Below are positions 20,401 to 28,236 of a stretch of 64,000 nt of DNA, piece by piece. Position 1 is the stretch's first letter, and every line of letters begins with the position of its first letter. The stretch is taken from positions 1 through 64,000 of the IMG/VR virus record IMGVR_UViG_3300032309_000634; one strand, 5' to 3'. The stretch comes from a virus. Under the pieces are notes generated by a model. That model did not search any database. It was not told the DNA's origin and saw only the letters and a program-made list of their open reading frames with translations. Made by a program: the position numbers and the translations under genes.

Positions 20401-23400
20401 CTTATCAATTCTGTCGCCAAGTTTTTTAATTTTTGGTTTGTCAAAGAATTTATCAATAGCACGTGAGACTCTATCTTCTCCTGGTGCAACGGTTGGTGCT
20501 GTTGGCATTGGACCCCAGCCATCTCCCTTATCTCTCCATGATCCTGGATTGCCACCCCAAGGGCTTGGAGTAATATTTGAGTTTTCAAACCCAGGTATCG
20601 TATCACTAATCATTGATTTAATTAATGGCATATACTTTTGAGATTGCTTTGCTGGGATTACTGCTTCTCCTGGTGACAACATTGCTGGAACAATATCTCC
20701 CGCACCTTTTGGTCCAGGGACTGAGAATATACCGTTTGCAAATCCAGCAACTCTTTCAACAGTTATACCTTTAGGGCTAATGTCAGTTATTACAAACTTA
20801 CCGCCAAACATTCTTTCTGATTCTGGAACACCTTTTTGACTATACATATTTTTAAATAATGAATGTACTGGAATTACATCTTGGTTTTTAAAAGATGTTT
20901 TAACTGTAAATGGAATAACGTCTTTTTTAGTTATTGCTTGATCTCTTGTATTTTTTGCAAAACCACTAGCAATGGATTCTTCAGAACTCCAAGCAGATGT
21001 TCTCATATTAAATGGTTTTCCAACAAACTTACTTAATGCATCTCTTTGTTCAGCACCTTTTAGAGTTGTTAAAATTTTATAAATTTCACCAGAAATTTCA
21101 GGTGGCAGGGTTCCTAATTTTTTCTGATAATAGGAATTTCCAGACAATCCTGTTCCTCTAAAGAAAGTTCCAGACTCTTTTGTACGTAAAGATTTAGTTA
21201 AAGAATTATATTTTTTAAGACTAGTTACAGGATAATAACCATCTTTCCACAGTTTTACTAAAGCTTTGCCTAATAATTGTTTTGGTACTCCTGCTTTTAG
21301 AGCATTATCAATTGCTAAATTTGCCTCTTTGTCCTCAGAGTAAGTTCTTAGTGTTTTTATTGTTTTGTCATATTCTTCTTTTTGTTTTGCGCTTAGATCT
21401 TTAATTAAAGTATTTGACGCAAGTCTTCCAGATGGATTAAATACAGTTTTTGCTTTAGGAGATGCAATGGGTTTAGCTGTTAGTGGTATTCTACCAGCCA
21501 TGTATCCTGGAACGTCACCAGAAATCATTGATTGAATTAATGGTCTATACTTTGCAGACTGTTTAGCAGGAATAACTGCTTCTCCAGGAGATAGCATTGC
21601 AGGAACAATATCTCCTGCTCCCTTTGGACCTGGAACAGAGAATAAACCTTTATTTGCATAAATTAAATTATCTTGTCTAGATGCAGTTCCAAATTTTTCG
21701 TAATAATTTTTTTCAATTCTATAAGGTAGTGCTTTTTCTAGATATTTATCAAAATTTGTAAATGTTTCTGAACTGTTTTTCTTTGCATTTACTTGTGCTA
21801 ACAATGCCATAGCTTGAGCACGTGATTGTGGATGTTCTGCATTTCCATAGTAAACGAGAGCCTGATTCATGGCCTGAGTATCTTCAAACAAATATTCAGG
21901 GAGGTCGTCTTCTGCGTTACGCATTCGTTTTGCTGCTGGAGTTATATGACTTAAAGCTCTAGATGAATAAAACTTTGATACATCTCCAGTTTCTTTAATA
22001 TAACGTTGTAATGGCATGCTTGTGCCGTCAGGTAAAGTAATCTTTTTTGCTGGTTGCGTTATTGTTGCTAATACATCTGCAGGAAGAACTTCTTTTAGGT
22101 AGGCTTCTTCTTCATCAATAAACTGTTGTTGTTCTTTATATATTTTCTTATCTTTATAAAGACTTCTTCTATTTTTGGCGCTAGGTGTTACATTACTGCT
22201 TCTTCCTCTACCGCCTGACCCGAGAACGGAGCCAACCTCTGATGCTGTTACAGTTTTCCCTGATATTTTTCTTATGCCTCTTTCACCAAACATCTTAGCT
22301 TTAAAAGCTTCTAGGATTTGCTCATCATTTAATCCTTTTGATTTCCAATACATTTCATTTTCAGCAATTTTGTCTTCTACTGCTTTTAAATTTTTTGGTG
22401 TAACGGTAAACTTAATTCCGCCTAAATCAAACTCCGTGTTATCTCCTTGGAATCTTCTATTAATTCTTGATAACAAAGATCTAGAAACACTTGATTCTCC
22501 AGCTGAAAAAATACTCCTGGCTGCCGCTTCTCTTGCGCCTGAAACTCTTATCGCAGTTGCTGATGGACCGAAAGTTGGCATACGTCCAGCCATGTATCCT
22601 GGAACTATTCCGCCCTTAGCAAAACCATTACTTTGTGCCCATTTAGCAAAACCCTCCATGAAGTCTCTATCAGATAAGGATGCACCATGTCCTTTTTGTC
22701 TTGCTCTTAATGCAATTTCATCTTCTATTTTCTTTATTGCTGCAGGAGTTAATGCTTTCTTTGGATTAGCAACTACTGATGAATGAATACCATGAATTTC
22801 TCTCCAGTTGGCATCCCTAGCATCCTCTAAGCGTTTAATCATGTTTTGATAAATACCCTGCTCTTCTTTATTTAACTTAAAGCTTGCTATTGTTGCTCTA
22901 AGTTTTGGAAGAGTGTCATCGATCTCTTGTATCATTCTTGTACGGTATTCTTCTGCAGTCATTCCCCTTGGAATATCAGCTGTTGCTTCAGCAAAGAATC
23001 TCTTTGTATTTGAGCCTTTTACTCCAAGCAAGTTTATACGTGCTTGCTCTTCAATAGATGGCATTTCTTTTGAATATGTTCTAAACCCAGAAGCGGTATC
23101 AAAGACTCCAGCATTTCCTTGATCCACCACATTCTTACCAGATACGTTTGCAATCTGCAGATCTTTATCTCCTCTTACAGTAGAAGCTAAAAGCTGCGAG
23201 AAGTAATCATCTTTAGTAAAGACACCATCTGGTTTTGCAAACTCAGGGTTGTAAGGGGCTTCAGATACAATAATTTTTCTCTTCTTTTGTGGATCAGTTG
23301 GATCAATCATTGTACGAATTGTATGCTCTGGTGCTTTTAGTGGGAAGGCTTTGTTTGTAATAGTAGACATTCTTTCTTCTGCTAAAGCAGCAGTCTCATC

Positions 23401-25809
23401 AACATATGGCTTAACAAATACCTTAGTTCCATCTGGCTTTTGATACAATCCGCCAATTCCTTTAACAGGAAATGAGTGCCCTGTGGTTGCTTCAAGCTGA
23501 ACGCCAAAATCTGTTGGATCCATGTCAGCAAATCGACTTGCTTCAGTTCCTTTTCCAATTGACTCCATTGACAGTCTTGCTTTGCGTTGATCTGTAACAG
23601 CTTTAATAGTTTTTGGCATGCCCAGGAATAGTGGCAGCCTTCCAGCCATATGGCCTGGTAAAGTTCCGTCAATCATCTGTCCAATAAATGGTGCGTACTT
23701 CTTTGCCATATCAGCAGGGATAACGGCTTCTCCAGGAGTTAGAAGTGCTGGGGTAGTATCTTGATTCCCCGTTCCAGGAACACTTGTTACGCCTTTAGCA
23801 AAACGCCTTGGAGGGGTGACTCTAGCAACGCTTGGCATAAACATTCCTGGGTTTGTGCTAGCAAAACTAGACATTGCAACTTTAGCTTCTCTATACGTAT
23901 TTGTTAAGGCAACAAGACTTGCTGACTCAAGGACGTATGCTGCAGATAATGCTTTGTGAGATGTTGCAAGGCTGTTAGATATTGCAATATTTTCTAACTC
24001 TTCATTAGTTAAATATTGTGTTCCAAGAGCTGCATCTTTAGATCCATAGGCTAAGCTTTGGAAACCTTTGCGAATAAGGTTAAACATTTTCATTAAGTTA
24101 GCTAAACCATTAGCAACAAGACCAACAGTCATAAGAAGGACTGGACCAATACCAGCAACAGCTGCTATAATAATTGCTACTGCTTTTTTAATTCCTTCAG
24201 GTGCGTTGTTAAATTTATCAAATAATTTAACAAAAAACTCAATTACTGGTGTTAAAACTTTTGCAAACAATTCACCTACTGGAGCAATAGAAGCTTTGAG
24301 TTTTTCAATAGCTGCTTGCATCTTATACATTGGTGAAGATTCTTGCGTTTTTAGTTCTCGCTGAGACAATAAAGCTAATTCTTCTGCTGAGGCAGAAGCC
24401 ATTTTTAAGACTCTACTTGCTTGACTTCCTTCTTTTGTTACGTTATTTAAAAGAGCAGAGATTCTTGCAAACTGGTATTTACCAAAAACTTTTTCAATTG
24501 TTTGTGCTTTTTGCAAATCTGTCAAAGGCTGAAGAGCTTCAGCAAATGATAATACTGTATTTCTTAGGTTACCTTGATTGTCTTGAACAATGCCCTTAAG
24601 GTTAATACCAAGTTTTGCTGCTGATTCAGATGCAGCTTTAGATGGATTAATAAGAGATGCTAGGCCAGACTTAAGTGCGTTAGCACCTTGCTCTGCGCTA
24701 ATTCCACCTTCTTTCATTGCTGTCAAGAAGAAAGCTAAATCTTCTACATTGCCACCAAGTTGTTTAATAATTGGGGCAACTTTTGGAAGTGCGTTAGATA
24801 AATCTTCAAGACTTAAAACGGTTTGGTTTTCAACAGAGTTAAGGAAATCCATTGTTTTTCCAAGTTCCTCAGATCCAATAGAAAAAGCATTTTGCAGTGC
24901 AATAGTTGTTTCTAATGCTTTATCTTGTGCCACGCCACCTAGGACTGCAAGCTTATTTGCCTGCTTTACAACTTCCTCTAATTGCTTTCCAGAATTACCA
25001 GCTGCAGCAGCATCGGCAGCCATCTTAATTGTTTCAGAAACTTTAAGCCCATACTTTGTATATTCTTTTGCAAGATCTCTTATATTTTTAAGAGCTTTAT
25101 CACTTTCGCCTTCAGTAGTAAATATGTCACCATAAACTTTTCTAAATCTTATTGCCTGAGTTTCAATTTCTTTAAATGATTTAATTGCTGATCCTGCAAA
25201 CATAGCCAAGGGAATTGTAAAACCAACCATAAGCTGACGACCAGCCCATTGTGTATTTTTACCAAAGTTAAGAAGTTTTGTAGATCCATCATCAAGTAGT
25301 TTATTAAATATTTGTTGGCGTTGAATCGCCATAGACATATTAGTTAATTGATCATTATAGTTAAGATTTTTAGGAGTAACTCGCATTGAGTTTAATGCGC
25401 CAGAAGCATCTTTACCTAATTGAACATACTGGCTTTGAAGTGCCTTTACTCTTTTTTCAACTAAACTACTAATTGTTGAAAACTCTTTAGCATAATTTTT
25501 GCCAAATGTTTTTGTTGAAGCCATGCCATATCGGTAATACTCACGAAGTGATAATTTGCCAGACTCTAAACTACGAGAAAACTGCTCTGTAGCAGTTGAC
25601 ATCTTGCCCATAGAGGCATTAAACATGCCTGTAGCATTAATGTTATGTAAAAGTGATTTTGAAAAATCGGCTTGGGCTAGTGATGCAGCCTTTGTACCGA
25701 CAATCATGGAACGGTTAAACGCAGATATCTGCTTGTCTAGCCCACGTAGTGCGGACATAGCTTGCGTTGTGTCAATATTAATTAAAATATTGCTGTTTAT
25801 ATCTGCCAT
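14491..25809 (-). CDS. Tape measure protein with internal enzyme-like cassettes
   Basis: 3772 aa after the tail chaperones; TP901-type TMP region (about aa 200-460), hydrophobic segments, long coiled coils, C-terminal GTDTIPAMLTPGEFVI motif; globular inserts at about aa 670-1740. Confidence 0.93.
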   Translation of the reverse strand: MADINSNILINIDTTQAMSALRGLDKQISAFNRSMIVGTKAASLAQADFSKSLLHNINATGMFNASMGKMSTATEQFSRSLESGKLSLREYYRYGMASTKTFGKNYAKEFSTISSLVEKRVKALQSQYVQLGKDASGALNSMRVTPKNLNYNDQLTNMSMAIQRQQIFNKLLDDGSTKLLNFGKNTQWAGRQLMVGFTIPLAMFAGSAIKSFKEIETQAIRFRKVYGDIFTTEGESDKALKNIRDLAKEYTKYGLKVSETIKMAADAAAAGNSGKQLEEVVKQANKLAVLGGVAQDKALETTIALQNAFSIGSEELGKTMDFLNSVENQTVLSLEDLSNALPKVAPIIKQLGGNVEDLAFFLTAMKEGGISAEQGANALKSGLASLINPSKAASESAAKLGINLKGIVQDNQGNLRNTVLSFAEALQPLTDLQKAQTIEKVFGKYQFARISALLNNVTKEGSQASRVLKMASASAEELALLSQRELKTQESSPMYKMQAAIEKLKASIAPVGELFAKVLTPVIEFFVKLFDKFNNAPEGIKKAVAIIIAAVAGIGPVLLMTVGLVANGLANLMKMFNLIRKGFQSLAYGSKDAALGTQYLTNEELENIAISNSLATSHKALSAAYVLESASLVALTNTYREAKVAMSSFASTNPGMFMPSVARVTPPRRFAKGVTSVPGTGNQDTTPALLTPGEAVIPADMAKKYAPFIGQMIDGTLPGHMAGRLPLFLGMPKTIKAVTDQRKARLSMESIGKGTEASRFADMDPTDFGVQLEATTGHSFPVKGIGGLYQKPDGTKVFVKPYVDETAALAEERMSTITNKAFPLKAPEHTIRTMIDPTDPQKKRKIIVSEAPYNPEFAKPDGVFTKDDYFSQLLASTVRGDKDLQIANVSGKNVVDQGNAGVFDTASGFRTYSKEMPSIEEQARINLLGVKGSNTKRFFAEATADIPRGMTAEEYRTRMIQEIDDTLPKLRATIASFKLNKEEQGIYQNMIKRLEDARDANWREIHGIHSSVVANPKKALTPAAIKKIEDEIALRARQKGHGASLSDRDFMEGFAKWAQSNGFAKGGIVPGYMAGRMPTFGPSATAIRVSGAREAAARSIFSAGESSVSRSLLSRINRRFQGDNTEFDLGGIKFTVTPKNLKAVEDKIAENEMYWKSKGLNDEQILEAFKAKMFGERGIRKISGKTVTASEVGSVLGSGGRGRSSNVTPSAKNRRSLYKDKKIYKEQQQFIDEEEAYLKEVLPADVLATITQPAKKITLPDGTSMPLQRYIKETGDVSKFYSSRALSHITPAAKRMRNAEDDLPEYLFEDTQAMNQALVYYGNAEHPQSRAQAMALLAQVNAKKNSSETFTNFDKYLEKALPYRIEKNYYEKFGTASRQDNLIYANKGLFSVPGPKGAGDIVPAMLSPGEAVIPAKQSAKYRPLIQSMISGDVPGYMAGRIPLTAKPIASPKAKTVFNPSGRLASNTLIKDLSAKQKEEYDKTIKTLRTYSEDKEANLAIDNALKAGVPKQLLGKALVKLWKDGYYPVTSLKKYNSLTKSLRTKESGTFFRGTGLSGNSYYQKKLGTLPPEISGEIYKILTTLKGAEQRDALSKFVGKPFNMRTSAWSSEESIASGFAKNTRDQAITKKDVIPFTVKTSFKNQDVIPVHSLFKNMYSQKGVPESERMFGGKFVITDISPKGITVERVAGFANGIFSVPGPKGAGDIVPAMLSPGEAVIPAKQSQKYMPLIKSMISDTIPGFENSNITPSPWGGNPGSWRDKGDGWGPMPTAPTVAPGEDRVSRAIDKFFDKPKIKKLGDRIDKLGSKFEKTTPKVEKLDKAVSGTTESFGKDKTRGFRGWLNGFGNVSNTVTDDKGVTRTATPEERINMRQANRMNTAQKSMGIGMAAMMLPMVAQGIAASQPDSAAGQLLSKNMVAISVASLIPMFMSIFNSPLKIAGAAALSLAAVFKIQSSTIKRNIIEGQKQAEAMTMTTNQLEALGKITNTMSVTQVEQAKRAGRNTDLVPVSIEFGNNILETSDFGKNLKSSFETTVKTLGTGSAVDSLVNQLGTAVSQGVLTNDQAESIAIALTRNLKDARLELDVRGRLIQLLGPNGENLVNNPLQVQVDLINTGKNLQQAALDNLNRVTKQQVGVNKGEFGQLAVGGIGGGLLAARAGIQAGRMVQGGVGAASLLSQEAALARAGGSGKIGTALKVAKAARVAGTAGSAAVGATGFGVPAALVGAAVSTVIFGGIETAIRSWQKGKEKAAIGKAAGIMQGLVAQNLSASQGSIDALSSQYDSAIANLEIKKKTLKTEKERAEIDSQIADLLSKKDSGLKTLRENQADILGSASSGYDQVAKRSLGETLSPLGSGRGQARDKYMEAYKVGMQEKFKDNAPLKIQADNLQSQLDKIGNDKVTLEISALVTSDVLTPNEASTLVSTMTKTGGDITKDLNAIVKVQGTEGLQRLSTILTLIPEEENQKELLLGIKTMNKDDADATMSAVEELGKIPDFIGIKIDLETNKSDIPRLKAVGKEIAALKKQFPDGKITLEALVKMQEAAGGAGKNLTLDSAITNWNAISKLPKNLQFQAMFTVGSITQSDSFDKIIDRELEAAFEKKNPQYAGDVAFGSTESRRAYERQKALDKEAFKADPKNIAAAEKKAIDRFLPQIFGTATADDAKKRAAAEAADTLKSATSFLDDLGMKLKLFRDQAFDALNPLKSIMSAFANTKDAEKGLGRMFEKFNGLQQIMLQGNLSPVLMDAISGMSAEEFKAFQGMDLNPNTKDKETPFIMKDGNIVGLSKELMGLSEAFNSVNIGMAQMGAAQSIDNIKKQQEAFKILKDAGMSVTDALKVIQDQSLASAIAAGTLGAAGSDEMKKFIKDIAAANSAMEKMQVITDTLTKNAEFDVFAKTPDVAKAMKSMGYSVEQIDAVLGNPAMLKQFTQNIKNGKIDIAAIEGSTGAISEYLKDIESKKLIDIQINFNKGEFGQVASSGLDMVNQMFAVQEDLIRTGVDPRSTKDVAQLAANESKIKELQAQLRPYEAQIEQLQYKINDIQASVALNISQKVDKYQKEINDLQREIEVRFNEPIKELQDELSALSNDLDVVNNASELITKEYDKQAKALETIKDINDAILKQEENRIGLAAALSSGDISAAAKAMQDVRRSNVELAQSNSQKALEKSRKDDIEGILSASRIAIDPVTGNKIELGLLTQEEIKQRQFELSQKIYSLDTDPKKLSIQDQIKAKTNSIYTLEQARSIALEQVQAYETEIAKITKDNIVDKERMIAALNNENEIIEARLEKLEKEIEVLGRTREAWTAIEAKVKAYDLSRKDLDTAFAGLLAASTAINAEWTSIMTKIGAYAATPAKDSKITTTAQSIVTASGSKIDVAKSEADAKAAADKITADATAAANKIIADAQAASDKAQAEADALVAAAKKKAEEKEAADKALADAKTAAEKAAAQKILDAADAATTAAADAAIAAAESAFDAALAAALAANQAMLDADLAAYNASIIALDADYSVKTSDALIAGTTKTAEALTTVVDAANAAATEFLSAQEAIAAGIAEYKKYSSMTDKQLYEARADAVNSGYTGDRESIAKGADANYDANYLNSYKDFYANHGQVGNSKDALVDKAGGISSYGPSNQKFFTVDGQPYSGNLLNNNNIVGLAVNGVPVWLPNLPGGTKWNRYITASSGGLIPQLFASGGYAMGTDTIPAMLTPGEFVIKKSAVDSYGVKNLSKINSGMSPDSSVYNYSLSVNVNGNNLNADDIASTVMQKIKYIDGQRVRGQR
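20585..23803 (-). repeat. Repeated ~55-aa linker within the TMP: full copies about 23631-23803, 21484-21660 and 20585-20745; short copy 22577-22627; related C-terminal copy about 14660-14790
   Basis: FSVPGPKGAGDIVPAMLSPGEAVIPAKQS is identical in two copies; VPGTGNQDTTPALLTPGEAVIPA in another; PG(H/Y)MAGR(L/M/I)P occurs three times. Confidence 0.9.
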
Positions 25810-25839
25810 CTAACCGCCATGACTCCCTATTTTATTGTT

Positions 25840-26166
25840 TTATTCTTGTGAAGCAAGTGCAAGTAATGCTGAATCATTTAGATTGATTCCTGATGCTGCT
25901 TCAATGATCTTGTACACTGTTGGCAGATCAACTAGATCTTCCAAATCAGCAACAGAGTAGTCTGCTTCTGGCTTGTATTGTTTCATTGCAATGTGTGCAC
26001 AATGGATTAAGATATCCATTGATTTTTCGTTATCTGTTGCAACCGCTGTTAGTCCTTCAAAAGATTTCATAAATGGTCTAAGTAAAGAGATCTTAAGTGG
26101 TTGTGCATCAATTTTTGTTCCGTCAATAAAGACGACTTCATTTTTTTCTTTTGGCGTTGTTGCCAT
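25840..26166 (-). CDS. Tail assembly chaperone, short (G-like) paralogue
   Basis: Immediately before the TMP; start MATTP at 26166 after AGGAGG; homologous to the N-terminal half of 26213-26905. Confidence 0.75.
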   Translation of the reverse strand: MATTPKEKNEVVFIDGTKIDAQPLKISLLRPFMKSFEGLTAVATDNEKSMDILIHCAHIAMKQYKPEADYSVADLEDLVDLPTVYKIIEAASGINLNDSALLALASQE

Positions 26167-26192
26167 ATATAACCTCCTGTGGTTGTATGTCA

Positions 26193-26201
26193 ATTATAGC
26201 A
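26193..26201 (-). promoter_or_regulatory. Extended -10 promoter TGCTATAAT for the short chaperone and TMP
   Basis: Intergenic TGnTATAAT upstream of SD AGGAGG. Confidence 0.6.
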
Positions 26202-26212
26202 TAAAACGCTGT

Positions 26213-26905
26213 TTAGGTTAAGTTTTCGTAATCTAATCCCATCCCAATTCCAAAACCAGCTTTTTGGGCGTTCACTCCTTGAAGTGATAAAACATCATTT
26301 GAATCTGAGGTCTGTCCACCACTAAATACCCTAGCTTTCATATCTTCCCACTCTTTTTGTCCTCTATCTTTTCCGCTTTCTGCGTCAAGATCAACACCTT
26401 GCATAGCAGCAAGAAATTTCTTTTCTGAATAATCTAAATCTCTTACAGCTTCTAAAGTAATCATTAATTCTGACATAGAGAGAGATCTTTCTAGTTCGTC
26501 ATAGTCTTTCCATATGCCCAGCAAAAATACTTCAGACTCTAGTTTTGCTAAATCTAACGTCTCCCAGGTTTCCCCACTTTTTTGTGCTTGATCTTTTACG
26601 GGCTCTTCTAATTTTCTATTTATCTTAATACCAGCAGATATATCTAGTATTTTGTATATAGTTGGCATATCAACATTGTCTTCTACATCTTCTACTGTTT
26701 TAGATATTTCAGGATAATATTGTTTCATGCAAATTCTTACACATTCCACAAGAGTGACTATAGCCTCATCATCATTTTTAGATTTTTTAATATCATCAAA
26801 TGCCACCATAAATTCTCTAAGATACTTAATCTTAAGTGGAGATATTTCTAGCTCTGTTCCATTAAACAAATAAACATTGTCTGTTGTGTATACTTTAGTT
26901 GCCAT
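26213..26905 (-). CDS. Tail assembly chaperone, long (GT-like) form
   Basis: After the tail tube gene; G-like N-terminal half plus a C-terminal helical domain. Confidence 0.75.
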   Translation of the reverse strand: MATKVYTTDNVYLFNGTELEISPLKIKYLREFMVAFDDIKKSKNDDEAIVTLVECVRICMKQYYPEISKTVEDVEDNVDMPTIYKILDISAGIKINRKLEEPVKDQAQKSGETWETLDLAKLESEVFLLGIWKDYDELERSLSMSELMITLEAVRDLDYSEKKFLAAMQGVDLDAESGKDRGQKEWEDMKARVFSGGQTSDSNDVLSLQGVNAQKAGFGIGMGLDYENLT

Positions 26906-26924
26906 TGAACTTCTATTCTACCAT

Positions 26925-26958
26925 AAAACAGAAAAGCCCACCTCCGAAGAGATGGGCT
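26925..26958 (-). terminator. Rho-independent terminator after the major tail protein
   Basis: Hairpin AGCCCA-CCTCCGAAGAGA-TGGGCT followed by a U-rich tract on the minus strand. Confidence 0.8.
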
Positions 26959-26976
26959 ATGCTGCTTGCTTAAGAA

Positions 26977-27615
26977 TTAAGACAATGTATCTCCGAAGGT
27001 ACGATCAACGATCTTACCATATGAGCCAGATGTATCCTCTGGAAGTAGACGGAATGAAACTTCAAACATTGAAGCTTCGTCACGCTTTGCAGAAACTGTT
27101 ACGTTTTCGATTGACAAGGCACGGTATGCTGTGTAAACACGCTCTACATCTGCAGATGTGGCACAATCACCTGTTCCTGGTCCGACAGCAACAATTCCAC
27201 GCTCTACTGGACATTCGCCAAGTTCACCTGCGGAAAGGTTTAATACCCGTCCTGAGTGAGTTGCTTTATTTCCAGTTAGCTGATCGTCGTTAAAAGCAAG
27301 TGCTAGTAACAAGTTTTCAAGTGTAGCTTCAGCAAAGGCTGTTGCAAGGTTAACTTGCATTCCTTGCTTGTAAAGCTTAGCAACGTCAAGAATCTGGTCA
27401 ACTTGAACTTCACCGAAGTCAGGTTGGAACTGCATTTCAAGACCGTTCATTGTATAACCAACATTAGTATAAGCTGCATCATTTGAGAGAGTCTCTCTAA
27501 ATGATACTTCAGTGCTAAATGATTCTAGTGTTGATGGGGTCAAAGTTGTATCTGCAACGAATAGGGCTGCTGCTCCAACGATGATGTTAGTTGAACTTCC
27601 ACGACTATATGACAT
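26977..27615 (-). CDS. Major tail (tube) protein
   Basis: NIIVGAA..VGYTMNGLE..AEATLENL..FEVSFRLL tube-protein pattern; own promoter and terminator. Confidence 0.85.
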   Translation of the reverse strand: MSYSRGSSTNIIVGAAALFVADTTLTPSTLESFSTEVSFRETLSNDAAYTNVGYTMNGLEMQFQPDFGEVQVDQILDVAKLYKQGMQVNLATAFAEATLENLLLALAFNDDQLTGNKATHSGRVLNLSAGELGECPVERGIVAVGPGTGDCATSADVERVYTAYRALSIENVTVSAKRDEASMFEVSFRLLPEDTSGSYGKIVDRTFGDTLS

Positions 27616-27695
27616 GGGTACCTCTTTCTTATTCTAGATGAATAGATATTAAATTGTTTGGCGTTTGTTTCCTCAAGATAATTATAACAGCATTT

Positions 27696-28229
27696 TTAAG
27701 TGTAAAACGCACCAGTGGTGTGGTAGTCATACTCAATAACTATCTTGTTTACTGCTGAAAGTCTTGCTGACGATAGTTCTAGCAAGTCTCTTGTTTCATC
27801 AATCTGAAAAGCCTTAAATCTATGAAAAAATACATTTTTGTTATCATTTGGCAGATTATCTTTTATCCACTTATTAACATCTTGTGCTGAGGCATCTTCA
27901 CGGTCAAGGGCTTCTGAGATTACCCTAACCACATCATTTGCGGTAGTTAAGCTGCTTGAGTGAATAGTATAAATAAGCTGTTCTCTTTTATGTCTGTAAA
28001 ATGATTTTGGTCTATACCTAGCTAATCTATCGTAAACGATTAGCACTGGGGCAACCTGTCCAGGAGCCCCTACATAGTTTCCGTATAGCTCTTCTATGTT
28101 TGTAGGGGTTACAGGAACTATTGGGTCAAATTGTTCTGCCCCTGTTAAAATGCCAAACTCTTCCAGCTGTGCCTGTATATACTTATTAATATATTGAGGT
28201 GGAAATCCTGTTTGAGATATTGTAGCCAT
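27696..28229 (-). CDS. Probable tail terminator
   Basis: Position before the tube gene; leaderless start MATIS 6 nt after GGGTATAAT. Confidence 0.6.
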   Translation of the reverse strand: MATISQTGFPPQYINKYIQAQLEEFGILTGAEQFDPIVPVTPTNIEELYGNYVGAPGQVAPVLIVYDRLARYRPKSFYRHKREQLIYTIHSSSLTTANDVVRVISEALDREDASAQDVNKWIKDNLPNDNKNVFFHRFKAFQIDETRDLLELSSARLSAVNKIVIEYDYHTTGAFYT

Positions 28230-28236
28230 GTCTTTA

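Noticed and set aside
21484-23660. MAGR as internal translation starts of the TMP cassettes
   Set aside because: The AGGA before ATG has only a 3-nt spacer and is explained by Pro-Gly codons, so support is insufficient.
14491-25813. Many 60-200-aa plus-strand ORFs opposite the TMP and other long genes
   Set aside because: Antisense shadows with biased composition and no expression signals.
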